From Myxococcales bacterium (GTDB taxonomy: Bacteria; Myxococcota_A; UBA9042; JABWCM01; BTVJ01): a DNA stretch of 34,357 nt. Below are positions 1 to 9,266 of the stretch, in pieces. The notes under the pieces are model-generated. The model was not told where the DNA came from. It did not search any database and was given only the letters and a program-made list of their open reading frames with translations. Position 1 is the stretch's first letter, and the number at the start of each line of letters is the position of its first letter. A program made the position numbers and the translations under genes. The stretch covers positions 1 through 34,357 of the forward strand of contig BTVJ01000079.1 of assembly GCA_045863395.1 (NCBI GenBank), given 5' to 3'.

Positions 1-76
1 GGCCGTCGCTTCGAGCGAAGTGGCCGTCGCTTCGAGCGAAGTGGCCGTCGCTTCGAGCGAAGTGGCCGTCGCTTCG
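1..76 (+). repeat. 21-bp coding tandem repeat GTGGCCGTCGCTTCGAGCGAA (VAVASSE), about 3.6 copies, cut by the window edge
   Basis: Units at 1-19 (partial), 20-40, 41-61 and 62-76 (partial), in frame with the first ORF. Confidence 0.95.
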
Positions 77-619
77 GATCGCACCCCTGCGGTACCCGAG
101 CCCTTGACCGCGAAGCCGTCTGCGCCTCCACCGTCCTACCCAGGCGACCGGCTCCGCGCCATGGTGCGGGATCCCGGCACGGTCTACGTCTACTGGGAGC
201 AGGAGGAGCGCGGCGAGGAGGGCTGGGAGGTCGCCGCGTTGGACGCCGACGGGGGCGCCCTGGACTCCTTCCGCACGGATCGGGCCGGCACCAGCGGCTA
301 CCTGAAGGTGCCCCACGGCGCCATTGGCCAGATCCAGCTCCGCCGCGTGCTCCCCGACGGCGTCACGGCCCCCGCTGCTTCCACGTGGCTCGCCGCGCCC
401 CGCTCCACCGTATCTGCGGACACCACCCACCGGTGGGTGGAGGTGGTCCCCGGCGAGCCCGCCGTTCGCGCTGCGGGACCGGAGCGCCTGATTGAGCGGC
501 CTGCTCCCGAGGCCCCGCCGGCTCCCGTCGTTGCCACGCCGCTCGTCGTCGAGGACCTCCCGTGGTCCGGCGACCTCCCGCACCTCCCAAGCTCGCTGCA
601 GGCGCGCCGCGACGCCTGA
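2..619 (+). CDS. DUF4912-like protein, 5'-partial
   Basis: Frame is open from position 2. Motif DRLRAMVRDPGTVYVYWE resembles DUF4912. C-terminal ..PSS and position directly upstream of a GH57 gene fit the known pairing. Confidence 0.7.
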   Translation, partial: AVASSEVAVASSEVAVASSEVAVASDRTPAVPEPLTAKPSAPPPSYPGDRLRAMVRDPGTVYVYWEQEERGEEGWEVAALDADGGALDSFRTDRAGTSGYLKVPHGAIGQIQLRRVLPDGVTAPAASTWLAAPRSTVSADTTHRWVEVVPGEPAVRAAGPERLIERPAPEAPPAPVVATPLVVEDLPWSGDLPHLPSSLQARRDA

Positions 620-637
620 AGCGGCGAAGGAGCCTCC

Positions 638-2266
638 ATGCCTCCCCTGGGTTCGCTGTCCCTGTTGCTGCACGCGCACCTGCCCTTCGTCCGCCACCCC
701 GAACACCCCGACTTCCTGGAAGAGGACTGGCTCTACGAGGCCATCACCGAGACCTACGTGCCGCTGGTGCGCATGATGGAGCGCCTGGACGAGGATGGGG
801 TGGACTTCCGCCTTACGCTGTCCATCACGCCGCCGCTCTGCGAGATGCTGGCCGACCCGCTGCTCCAGGACCGGTACGTGGCGCGCCTCGGGACCCTCGT
901 GGACGTTGCTCAGCAGCAGGAACGCGAGCGGCGCGGCACCCCCTTCGAGGCCGCCGCCGCGGGCGTCGCCCAGGAGCTGCGTGAGACGCACCGCCTCTAC
1001 GTAGACTCCTGGCGGCGGGACCTCCTGGGGGTCCTCCGGCGCTTCAGCGAGAGCGGGCGCCTGGAGCTGGTCGGCTCGGCCGCGACCCACGCCATCCTGC
1101 CGCTGCTCGCCACCGACGAAGGGCGCTGGGCGCAGGTGGCCATCGGGCTCGCCAACCACGAGAGGCACTTCGGGGTGCGTCCCAGGGGGGTGTGGCTCCC
1201 GGAGTGCGCGTTCTCGCCCGGGCTGGAGCGCACCCTGGCCGACGCGGGGGTCCGCTGGTCGACCGTCGAAGCCCACGGGCTCCAGCTCGGCTCGCCCCGG
1301 CCCCGCTATGGCACGGCGCGCCCGGTGCTCACCCCGAGCGGCGTCGCCTTCTTTGGCCGGGACCCGGAGAGCTCCAAGGAGGTCTGGAGCACCGACGAGG
1401 GCTACCCCGGCGACCCCCTGTACCGGGAGTTCTACCGGGACCTTGGCTGGGAGCTCCCGCGGGAGAAGCTCGGCGGGCTGATGCACGCCGACGGCCTGCG
1501 GCGGGCCATCGGGCTCAAGCTCCACCGGGTCACGGGGCGCGTGCCTCTGGAGGACAAGGAGCCCTATGTCCCGGCGTGGGCCGCCGAGCGCGCCGCCTTC
1601 CACGCGGGCGCCTTCGTCACGAGGCGGCAGGCCCAGCTCCGGGGGCTGCGGCAGACACTGGACGTGGAGCCGCACGTCCTGGCGCCCTACGACGCCGAGC
1701 TGTTCGGGCACTGGTGGTACGAGGGGCCCCAGTTCCTGGAGCAGGTGCTACGCCGCGTCGCCAATCCCGCCTCCGGCGTGCGGGCGACCACGCCCGGCCA
1801 GCTCCTCGACGAGGCGCCGGTGCACCAGGTTGCGACGCCGGCCCTGTCGAGCTGGGGCGACAAGGGCTACTTCGAGGTGTGGGTCAACAGCGCCAACGAC
1901 TGGATCTACAAGCACCTGCACCGCGCCGAGGAGCGCATGATCCACCTGGCGGAGCGCTACCCCGATGCGGCGGGCTTGCAGGCCCGCGCTCTCAACCAGG
2001 CGGCCCGCGAGCTGTTGCTGGCGCAGTCCAGCGACTGGGCCTTCATCATGACCAGCCGCACCACCGTCCCCTACGCCGAGCGGCGCACCCGCGAGCACGT
2101 GGCCCGCTTCCACGCGCTGGCGGACGGGTTGGACTCCATCGACGCCGAGGTGCTGGCGGAGCTGGAGTCACGCGACTCGTGCTTCCCCGAGCTGGACTAC
2201 CGGGTGTTCCACCCGGGGCGAGTCTGGTCCCGGGGGACGGGGACCGCCGTAGCCACATCGCTGTGA
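638..2266 (+). CDS. GH57 1,4-alpha-glucan branching enzyme (DUF1957 C-terminus)
   Basis: HAHLPFV, EEDWLYEAITETYVP, GVWLPECAF (nucleophile Glu), APYDAELFGHWW (acid/base Asp), AQSSDWAF. AAGGAG RBS upstream. Confidence 0.95.
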   Translation: MPPLGSLSLLLHAHLPFVRHPEHPDFLEEDWLYEAITETYVPLVRMMERLDEDGVDFRLTLSITPPLCEMLADPLLQDRYVARLGTLVDVAQQQERERRGTPFEAAAAGVAQELRETHRLYVDSWRRDLLGVLRRFSESGRLELVGSAATHAILPLLATDEGRWAQVAIGLANHERHFGVRPRGVWLPECAFSPGLERTLADAGVRWSTVEAHGLQLGSPRPRYGTARPVLTPSGVAFFGRDPESSKEVWSTDEGYPGDPLYREFYRDLGWELPREKLGGLMHADGLRRAIGLKLHRVTGRVPLEDKEPYVPAWAAERAAFHAGAFVTRRQAQLRGLRQTLDVEPHVLAPYDAELFGHWWYEGPQFLEQVLRRVANPASGVRATTPGQLLDEAPVHQVATPALSSWGDKGYFEVWVNSANDWIYKHLHRAEERMIHLAERYPDAAGLQARALNQAARELLLAQSSDWAFIMTSRTTVPYAERRTREHVARFHALADGLDSIDAEVLAELESRDSCFPELDYRVFHPGRVWSRGTGTAVATSL

Positions 2267-2297
2267 CGCCGGCCTCGCGGCCGGGAGAGGAGATCGC

Positions 2298-4472
2298 ATG
2301 ACCCCTTTGATGGAGAAGGCCCAGGACGGCCTGCTCGGCTACGAGACGCTGGCGGAGCGGCTGCCCGACCCCCTGCGCCCCCTGGCGGACCTCGCCTACA
2401 ACCTGTGGTGGACCTGGGACCCCGAGGCCATCCGCCTTCTCCAGAGCATGGCGCCCGACCGCTGGACGGCCAACCAGCACAGCGCCATCCGCATGCTGCG
2501 CGCCGTGTCCGAGGGGCGCCTCGACGAGCTCGCCGGGGACCCCTCCTTCCTCGGGCGCATGAACGAGACCCTGTCTCGGATGCGCGCCTACCTGGGCTCG
2601 GACAGCACCTGGTACGACCGCCTCGGCCGCCCGCTCCCCGACGGGCCCATCGCGTACTTCTCGGCGGAGTACGGCATCCACGAGTGCCTGCCCATCTACT
2701 CCGGTGGCCTCGGCATCCTGGCGGGGGACCACTGCAAGGCGGCGAGCGATCTGGGGCTCCCCTTCGTGGCCGTGGGCCTGCTCTACCGCTATGGGTACGG
2801 GCGCCAGCAGCTCGACCACTGGGGCTGGCAGATGGACGTGTTCGCGGCCAACGACTTCGCGAACCTGCCCGTGCGGCGGGCCAAGGATGCGGAGGGGCGG
2901 CCCATCCACGTCCCGGTGGAGATCCTGGACCGCACCCTGACTGCGCGCGTCTGGACCGCCAGCGTCGGCCGCATCACCCTCTATCTGCTCGACACGGACG
3001 ACCCGCTCAACACGGAGGACGACCGCCGCATCACGGCCCAGCTCTATGGCGGTGACCGGGAGATGCGCATCCAGCAAGAGATCGTGCTCGGAATCGGCGG
3101 CGTCCGCGCCCTGCGCGCCTGCGGCGTCCACCCGGGCGTGTTCCACATGAACGAGGGGCACGCGGCCTTCCTGGGCCTGGAGCGCATCCGGGAGACCATG
3201 CGGGGCGAGGGGGCGTCCTTCGATGACGCGCTGAAGCGGGTCGCGCGAAGGGCGGTGTTCACCACGCACACGCCGGTCCCGGCCGGACACGACTACTTCT
3301 CGCCGGACCGCATCTTCAGCCACTTCGGCGGCTTCTGCAACGAGCTCGGCGTGCCCTTCGACCGCCTGCTGGACGTGGGGCGCCCGGCGGGGGCCACCGG
3401 CGACCAGCCGTTCAACATGACGGTGCTGGCCCTGCGCAGCTCGGCGGCGCGCAACGGCGTGAGCAAGCTCCACGGGGAGGTGAGCCGGCGCATGTTCGCC
3501 GACGTGTTCCCGGGGACCAGCATGCGGCGCGTGCCCATCGGGTCGGTGACCAACGGCGTCCACACTCCGACGTGGCTGGCCCCCGAGCTGCGGGATCTTC
3601 TGGAGAAGTACGCCGGGTCGAGCTGGTGGACGCGCATGACGGACCCGAGCTACTGGAACCGGGTGCTCGCCATCCCCGACGGTGAGCTGTGGGCGGCGCA
3701 CATGGCGCTGAAGGAGCGCCTGGTGCGGGTGGTGCGCTTCCGCGAGAAGGCCCGGCGCGTGCGCCTGGATCTGCCCCCCGAGCAGGTGGCGGCGGCGGAT
3801 CGCCTGCTGGACCCGGCGACCCTCACCTTGGGGTTTGCGCGGCGCTTCGCACCCTACAAGCGGGCGACGCTGCTGCTGCGGGACGTACAGCGGCTGCGAG
3901 GCCTTCTTGGCGACGCGGAGAGGCCCGTTCAGATCGTGTTCGCCGGCAAGAGCCACCCGCAGGACCGGCGCGGCAAGGAGCTGCTCCAGCAGGTGTTCCA
4001 GACCTCCCACGACCCGGGGCTGGCGGGGCGGCTGGTGTTCGTCGAAGACTACGACATGGACCTCGGCCGCACGCTGGTGCAGGGGGTGGACGTGTGGCTC
4101 AACACGCCCCGGCGTCCCCACGAGGCCAGCGGCACGAGCGGCATGAAGGCGGCGATGAACGGCGTGCCCAACTGCAGCATCCTCGACGGGTGGTGGCCCG
4201 AGGGCTTCCGGGGGACCAACGGCTGGGCCATCGGCGAGGAGGGCGAGCAGGCCGACACGGAGCTGCAGGACGCCATGGACTCGGCGAGCCTCTACCAGAT
4301 CCTCGAGCGCCAGGTGGTGCCCCTCTACTATGATCGGGCGCCCGACGGCCTCGCCCACGGGTGGGTGCGGCTCATGAAGGAGGCGATTCGCACCGGCGCG
4401 CCCGTGTTCAACACGAACCGCATGGTCGAGGAGTACTTCACGGACATGTACCTGCCGGTGAGCCGGGGCTGA
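2298..4472 (+). CDS. glgP: alpha-glucan (glycogen/maltodextrin) phosphorylase, GT35
   Basis: LAYNLWWTW, YFSAEYG, YSGGLGILAGD, HMNEGHA, FARRFAPYKR, PLP-lysine motif EASGTSGMKAAMNG. Confidence 0.97.
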   Translation: MTPLMEKAQDGLLGYETLAERLPDPLRPLADLAYNLWWTWDPEAIRLLQSMAPDRWTANQHSAIRMLRAVSEGRLDELAGDPSFLGRMNETLSRMRAYLGSDSTWYDRLGRPLPDGPIAYFSAEYGIHECLPIYSGGLGILAGDHCKAASDLGLPFVAVGLLYRYGYGRQQLDHWGWQMDVFAANDFANLPVRRAKDAEGRPIHVPVEILDRTLTARVWTASVGRITLYLLDTDDPLNTEDDRRITAQLYGGDREMRIQQEIVLGIGGVRALRACGVHPGVFHMNEGHAAFLGLERIRETMRGEGASFDDALKRVARRAVFTTHTPVPAGHDYFSPDRIFSHFGGFCNELGVPFDRLLDVGRPAGATGDQPFNMTVLALRSSAARNGVSKLHGEVSRRMFADVFPGTSMRRVPIGSVTNGVHTPTWLAPELRDLLEKYAGSSWWTRMTDPSYWNRVLAIPDGELWAAHMALKERLVRVVRFREKARRVRLDLPPEQVAAADRLLDPATLTLGFARRFAPYKRATLLLRDVQRLRGLLGDAERPVQIVFAGKSHPQDRRGKELLQQVFQTSHDPGLAGRLVFVEDYDMDLGRTLVQGVDVWLNTPRRPHEASGTSGMKAAMNGVPNCSILDGWWPEGFRGTNGWAIGEEGEQADTELQDAMDSASLYQILERQVVPLYYDRAPDGLAHGWVRLMKEAIRTGAPVFNTNRMVEEYFTDMYLPVSRG

Positions 4473-6634
4473 TGCCGTCTCGCCTGAAGCGCGCGGTTGC
4501 GGACGGCGCTGTCGCCCTGCTGCTGGCGGTGGCGACGCTCGCTGCGCTGCTCGCGACCACCGACATCGGCTTCCCCCGGGACGAGGGCTTCTACTTCCGC
4601 TACGCCGCGGACTACCAGGACTGGTTCGTCCAGGTGGAGGAGGATCTCGACCGGGAGGACGGGTCCATGCCCAGCCTCGGGAAGGACGCCGTGGCCCCCG
4701 TGTGGGCAGGCAACGCGGAGCACCCGCCGCTGGCGAAGATCCTGTTCGGGTACTCGTGGCGGCTGCTTGGCGAGAAGCGACGGCCCGTAGGGCGGGTCGA
4801 TGCCGGTGGCGTCGCGGTCATCGAGCAGACGCGGCCGTCCGAGGGCTTCCGCGTCGGGCAGGACGTCTGGTTTCTGTCGCCAAACCCCCTGGATGCGCCG
4901 CTGCCTGCCATGGAGCGGGTGATCGGGCGGGGGACGGTCGAGGAGCGTCGTGGGAGCGTCGCCCGTGCGCGCATCGTCGATGGGAGCCTGAGCCGGGAGA
5001 CCTTTCGGACCTTGTGCCAGGGTGCGGGCGAGAGGCCAACGACCATGGGCGGCTGCGAGGCGCTGAGCGTGGACGCGGGGCCCCTCGCCGAGACCACCGC
5101 CTTCCGCCTGCCTGCGATGCTGCTCACTGCCCTGCTGGTCGCGGCCATCTACCTGTTCGGTGTGGGCATCATCGGCCGCCTTGGCGCCCTGGTCGCGGCT
5201 CTGGCCTTCATCTTGATGCCCCACACCTTCTTCCACGCCCACCTCACGGCCTTCGACGTCCCCATCGCGGCGATGGTGTTCTTCACGGTCGCCGCCTTCT
5301 GGCGGTCGCTGCGGAGCCGGCTGTGGGCGGTGGCGACGGGTGTCTTGTGGGGGCTCGCCATCCTGACCAAGCACAACGCCCTGTTCCTGCCGGTGGCGCT
5401 CGTCGGGTGGTGGCTCTGCGGCGCGCGGGTCGTGGCTGGTCCGGGGGCGCGTGCGCTGCCTGGGCGCCTGCGCCTCGGGCTGATGGCGCTCGCGGCGGTC
5501 ACCGTGGTCGGAGGCGCAGCCCTCGGAGGCAAGCTGGGCCTCGGGGCGGGGCTCGGCGCCGTGCTGCTCGGGCTGTCTGCGGTGGGGAGGCGCATCGCGC
5601 TCCCGCCCATGCCGCTGGCCTTCGTGACCATGCCCCTCATCGGCTTGCCGCTGTTCGTGGCGCTCTGGCCCCGGCTCTGGTACGACGGCATGGCCAACTT
5701 CCTCTGGTACGTGTCCTTCCACCTGAAGCACGACCACTACATGCAGACCTACTTCGGGCAGGTGCTCGCGTACCCGCCGTTCCCGGTGAGCTTCCCCTTC
5801 GGCATGACCGTCTTCACCATGCCGGTCGTGTTGCTGGCGCTGGGGCTCGCCGGCTCGGCGCTGATGCTCGGCCCGTGGGCGCGGCGGCGCTGGCAGGAGC
5901 GCTCCTCGTGGCTGGCTCCGGCCGACGGTGCGCGGTCCCCTTGGACCTTCGGGGCGCTGCTGGCCGTCAACACCCTCTACCCCATCCTGCTCATCGCGCT
6001 GCCCTCGACGCCGGTCTTCGGCGGCGTCAAGCACTGGCTCCCCGCCATGCCCTTCTTCGCGCTGCTGGCCGGGATCGCGTTCGACCGCATGGCGGGTGCT
6101 CTGGCGGATGCAGCGCGGGTGCGCCGCCCGTGGGTGCGGGGCCTCGTGGCCGCGGCGCTCCTGGCGGTGTGCATGGCGCCCCCGGCCCGGGCGACGCTGC
6201 ACACGTACCGGAACGGCTCCGCATACTACAACGAGCTCATCGGTGGGCTCCCCGGGGCGGCCGACGCGGGGATGCAGCGCCAGTTCTGGGGCTACGCGAC
6301 CCGCCAGGCCATGGACTACCTCAACGAGCACGTCCCCCGCGGTGCGACGGTCTACTTCCACAAGAGCCCCTGGGGCTGCTGGGACCTCTACCGCAAGGAG
6401 GGCCTGCTGCGCTGGGACATCCGCCACGTGGCGGACATCTTCGACGAGGAGGTCATCGTGGGCCGCCTCCGCCAGACTCCCTACGCGGTCTTCCACCACC
6501 AGAAGGACCACGACGACTACGAGCTCTCCATCTGGGAGGCCTACGGCACGGACGCCCCCGTCTGGCAGGCGAGCGAGGACGGCGTCCCCATGCTCAGCGT
6601 GTACCGGAACCCGGCGTGGGGGAGGGCCCCTTGA
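4472..6634 (+). CDS. GT-C fold glycosyltransferase (GT39/ArnT/PMT_2-like), polytopic membrane protein
   Basis: ATG overlaps the glgP stop (TGATG). First TM is followed by RDEGFY, then EHPPLAK, AFRLP, FDVP, LTKHNA and many hydrophobic segments. Confidence 0.85.
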   Translation: MPSRLKRAVADGAVALLLAVATLAALLATTDIGFPRDEGFYFRYAADYQDWFVQVEEDLDREDGSMPSLGKDAVAPVWAGNAEHPPLAKILFGYSWRLLGEKRRPVGRVDAGGVAVIEQTRPSEGFRVGQDVWFLSPNPLDAPLPAMERVIGRGTVEERRGSVARARIVDGSLSRETFRTLCQGAGERPTTMGGCEALSVDAGPLAETTAFRLPAMLLTALLVAAIYLFGVGIIGRLGALVAALAFILMPHTFFHAHLTAFDVPIAAMVFFTVAAFWRSLRSRLWAVATGVLWGLAILTKHNALFLPVALVGWWLCGARVVAGPGARALPGRLRLGLMALAAVTVVGGAALGGKLGLGAGLGAVLLGLSAVGRRIALPPMPLAFVTMPLIGLPLFVALWPRLWYDGMANFLWYVSFHLKHDHYMQTYFGQVLAYPPFPVSFPFGMTVFTMPVVLLALGLAGSALMLGPWARRRWQERSSWLAPADGARSPWTFGALLAVNTLYPILLIALPSTPVFGGVKHWLPAMPFFALLAGIAFDRMAGALADAARVRRPWVRGLVAAALLAVCMAPPARATLHTYRNGSAYYNELIGGLPGAADAGMQRQFWGYATRQAMDYLNEHVPRGATVYFHKSPWGCWDLYRKEGLLRWDIRHVADIFDEEVIVGRLRQTPYAVFHHQKDHDDYELSIWEAYGTDAPVWQASEDGVPMLSVYRNPAWGRAP

Positions 6635-6709
6635 GGGCGACGCTCGGGGGAGGACTGATCGGAGTGTGCCGCGCTGGGCGCGCCTCTGGCCTCAGCGCTC
6701 GAAGCTCGT

Positions 6710-6769
6710 TTGACCGGTAGCCTTGTCGGGGGCCAAGGTAGCCATGTGGAGCACACAGGTGGCCACCTG
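6710..6769 (+). promoter_or_regulatory. probable TA promoter/operator: TTGACC plus three GGTRGCC sites 21 bp apart
   Basis: TTGACC at 6710. GGTAGCC at 6716 and 6737, GGTGGCC at 6758. The last lies inside the perfect palindrome CAGGTGGCCACCTG (6756-6769) next to the RBS. No clear -10. Confidence 0.6.
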
Positions 6770-6779
6770 GAGGTCAGCC

Positions 6780-7058
6780 GTGTCGCAGAGCCGTATTGGA
6801 ATCAAAGAGCTTCGGGACACGCTCAGCGCGACGATCGCCAGGGTCAAGCGCGGTGAGGCGGTGACGGTGACGGAGCGCAACGAGCCCGTCGCCGTGATAC
6901 TTCCTGTCAGAGAGCAGACCTCAGACGACGAGGCGCTCTGGCAGGCCGTCCGAGACGGGATGGTCTCCTGGTCTGGAGGGCACCCCGCCGCGCGCCGGCG
7001 CCGCCCCCTTGGCGCCGGAGAGCCGGTCTCGGCGGCCGTTATGGAGGATCGCGGGTGA
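6780..7058 (+). CDS. Phd/YefM family antitoxin
   Basis: IGIKELRDTLSATIARVKRGEAVTVTERNEPVAVILP is a typical Phd N-terminus. GTG start with GGAGG at 6769-6773. Ends VSAAVMEDRG. Confidence 0.9.
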   Translation: MSQSRIGIKELRDTLSATIARVKRGEAVTVTERNEPVAVILPVREQTSDDEALWQAVRDGMVSWSGGHPAARRRRPLGAGEPVSAAVMEDRG

Positions 7059-7210
7059 CGCCTCGCTCCTGTTACCTCGATACGAGCGCCCTGGTGAAGC
7101 TCTACGTGGACGAAGACCAATCCGAGCATGTCGCCATGATCGTGGGGGGTGCCCCGCGCGTCGCCATCTCGCGACTCGCGTATCCAGCGGAGGGGCTCGG
7201 CATCCAGTGA
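7055..7210 (+). pseudogene. vapC: VapC/PIN toxin remnant (51 aa), probable in-frame internal deletion
   Basis: Not in the ORF track. GTG overlaps the antitoxin stop. Reads MTPRSCYLDTSALVKLYVDEDQSEHVAMIVGGAPRVAISRLAYPAEGLGIQ*, a PIN N-terminus only. Confidence 0.85.
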
Positions 7211-7464
7211 AGACCGGGCCTGGCTGACGGCGGGCAATCGCACTGCCAACCTTCGATTCCAGCACGAGTCCGGGATTGTCCCACAGAGTGAGCGAGGCGG
7301 CCGGGAGCCGTCTGCGAGGGGGCCGCAAGGGGCCGGCGAACGGTACCTGAAGGCGCGACGTCAAGCCGAGGGCGGCGACCAGGCGCCGCTCCCTTGAGAC
7401 CGGCAGTGTCCAGCTTGAAGATCGGGTGGTCACGCACCGCAACAGCCCGGAGACGTCAGAAACG

Positions 7465-7866
7465 TCAACGTGGCTCTGAGAGCGCGGCCGCCAAGTCGGT
7501 CTGGGAGAAGTCATTCCCCTTGAACAGCAGCGGGTGGCCAGACGCCTTGGCGAGGGCGTACGAAAAGCAGTCACCGAAGTTCAACTTCGCAGGGTGGCGC
7601 CCTTTGCCGAACAGCGCGAAGGCCTCGCGGGCGAGGCGGGCGTGCTCCACGGTGACAGGTACCACTTCGATCTGCGACTCCCGCAGGAGCTCGTCGAGCT
7701 TCCGCGCTCCTGGCTCACCGTGACGCGCGAACAGGACAAGCCCCGTCTCCACGACCGAGGCCGCAGAGACGAGGCACACCGGGTCGCTCGCAATGGCACC
7801 CGCCAAGGCCCCGGCCTCCTCCTCCTGCTCGAGGATCGCCACAAGGGCGGATGTGTCGATGACCAT
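7465..7866 (-). CDS. vapC: VapC PIN toxin (VapC30/Rv0624-like)
   Basis: [12 protein letters not shown]...VETGLV...FGKGRHPAKLNFGDCFSYALAK...LLFKGNDFSQTD. ATG overlaps the antitoxin stop. Confidence 0.95.
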   Translation of the reverse strand: MVIDTSALVAILEQEEEAGALAGAIASDPVCLVSAASVVETGLVLFARHGEPGARKLDELLRESQIEVVPVTVEHARLAREAFALFGKGRHPAKLNFGDCFSYALAKASGHPLLFKGNDFSQTDLAAALSEPR

Positions 7867-8120
7867 CACGTCGGCAGGCCGCTCTCGTCGTAGCCAAGGA
7901 TCTCGTCGGGCGCTCGGTCGTCGAGCAACGGCAGGCTGGCGCACTGCCGACCGATCTCCATGAGGCGCTCGGCCAATGGCCGGTTGTCCCGCTGGGCCCG
8001 CTTCCGTGCGAGCCGCTCCCGCAGCGACAGCACGACCGCCTCGGTGAGGCTCTCGCCCGTCAACGCGGCAAGCTCTCGGGCCAGCTTGTCGGCTTCGTCG
8101 TTCTTGATGCTAAGCGCCAT
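7866..8120 (-). CDS. vapB: VapB antitoxin (VapB30/Rv0623-like)
   Basis: [29 protein letters not shown]...[12 protein letters not shown], recognisably the Rv0623 family. Confidence 0.93.
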   Translation of the reverse strand: MALSIKNDEADKLARELAALTGESLTEAVVLSLRERLARKRAQRDNRPLAERLMEIGRQCASLPLLDDRAPDEILGYDESGLPT

Positions 8121-8130
8121 CCCACCGTCC

Positions 8131-8177
8131 TCTATAGAACCACGACCCCATTCTATAAGCCCGAGGGTCCTTGTCCA
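8131..8177 (-). promoter_or_regulatory. probable vapBC promoter and operator
   Basis: Minus strand reads TGGACA-16-TAGAAT. Inverted repeat TATAGAA (8133-8139) / TTCTATA (8151-8157) overlaps the -10. AT-rich spot in GC-rich DNA. Confidence 0.6.
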
Positions 8178-8307
8178 GAAGCGCTCGGAGCGGACCCCTT
8201 CGCGGCGGCGTCAGCCCACCGGCTCGGGGATGGGCTCAGTCCAGTGGGCGCCGCGGGGACTGGCGACAGGCCAGGCATGGGAGCCCCTGGCGGCTCAGGC
8301 GGGGAGT

Positions 8308-9219
8308 TCACTCGCGAACGGAGTCAAGCGCCCACGTCTGCGGCCACCGCTTCTCCCACCGTGGAAGGCAGAGCAGGTCGTCGCGGGCGAGGAGCTCGGA
8401 GACGGCCCCGTAGAGGCGGCGCTCCTCGGGGGACGACCGGAAGCGCTCGGTGAGGGAGCGCCGGCTGGTGTACTGGATGCAGGGCAGCACGGAGCGGCGC
8501 AGCGTGCGGCTGGAGACGCCGCGGAGGCGCTCACGCAGGGCGGCGAGGTCGGGGCGGCCCTTCACGAAGCGGGCCTTGAAGGCATCCACGTCGCCGAAGA
8601 CGTGGGGGTCGAGCACGCTGACGAGCCCGTAGAGCTCGAGGAGCGAGCTCTGGAGCGGGGTGGCGGTCAGCAGCAGCTTGGGGGCCGCCGAGAGCGCGGA
8701 CAGCAGCGCGGCGGACTGGCGGCTGTCGCTCTTCCAGGCGTTGCGCAGGCCGTGCGCCTCGTCGAAGACCACGAGGTCCCAGGGTACGGCGGCGAGGTCC
8801 GAGGCGCGGCGCGCCGCATAGGGGTATGAGGCGACCGCCACGGCGGGCACGTCGAAGGGGTTGGCGTCGGCGCGCCCTTCCACCAGGCGGACGGGCAGGC
8901 CGAACTTGGACTCCAGCTCGGAGCACCACTGCTTGCGGATGGCGGCGGGGCAGACCACGAGGAGCCGGCGGCGGCGCTCGGCCCACCGCTGGCAGAGCAC
9001 GAGGGCCGCCTCGATGGTCTTGCCGAGGCCCACCTCGTCGGCGAGCAGCCGGCCACTCTCGGCGGTGGCGCGGAGCCCGAACAGGGCGGCCTCGATCTGG
9101 TGCGGGTTCAGGTCGACGCGGGCGTCGAGCAGGGCGGAGCCGAGGGCCTCGACCTCCCCCGAGACCTCCCGGCGCCGCAGCTCCAGCGCTCCATAGCGCG
9201 CGTGGTACGCGGTGCTCAT
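8308..9219 (-). pseudogene. SNF2-family helicase, N-terminal ATPase lobe only (303 aa, truncated)
   Basis: VDLNPHQIEAA, LLADEVGLGKTIEA (motif I), VFDEAH (II), LTATP (III). Stops shortly after ..DDLLCLP with no helicase-C motifs, and I saw no continuation in other frames. Confidence 0.8.
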
Positions 9220-9266
9220 CGCCCGGTTGCAGCATGCGGCCGCCCGCCCGGTCATCGGCGGAGTGG

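Noticed and set aside
1..76. 21-bp repeat as CRISPR or iteron
   Set aside because: No spacers, and it is in frame within a low-complexity protein segment.
7305..7355. Group II intron domain V look-alike (GAGCCGTCTGCG...CGCA...ACGGTAC)
   Set aside because: About 10 nt too long, no GNRA loop at the right place, and no RT gene or other intron domains.
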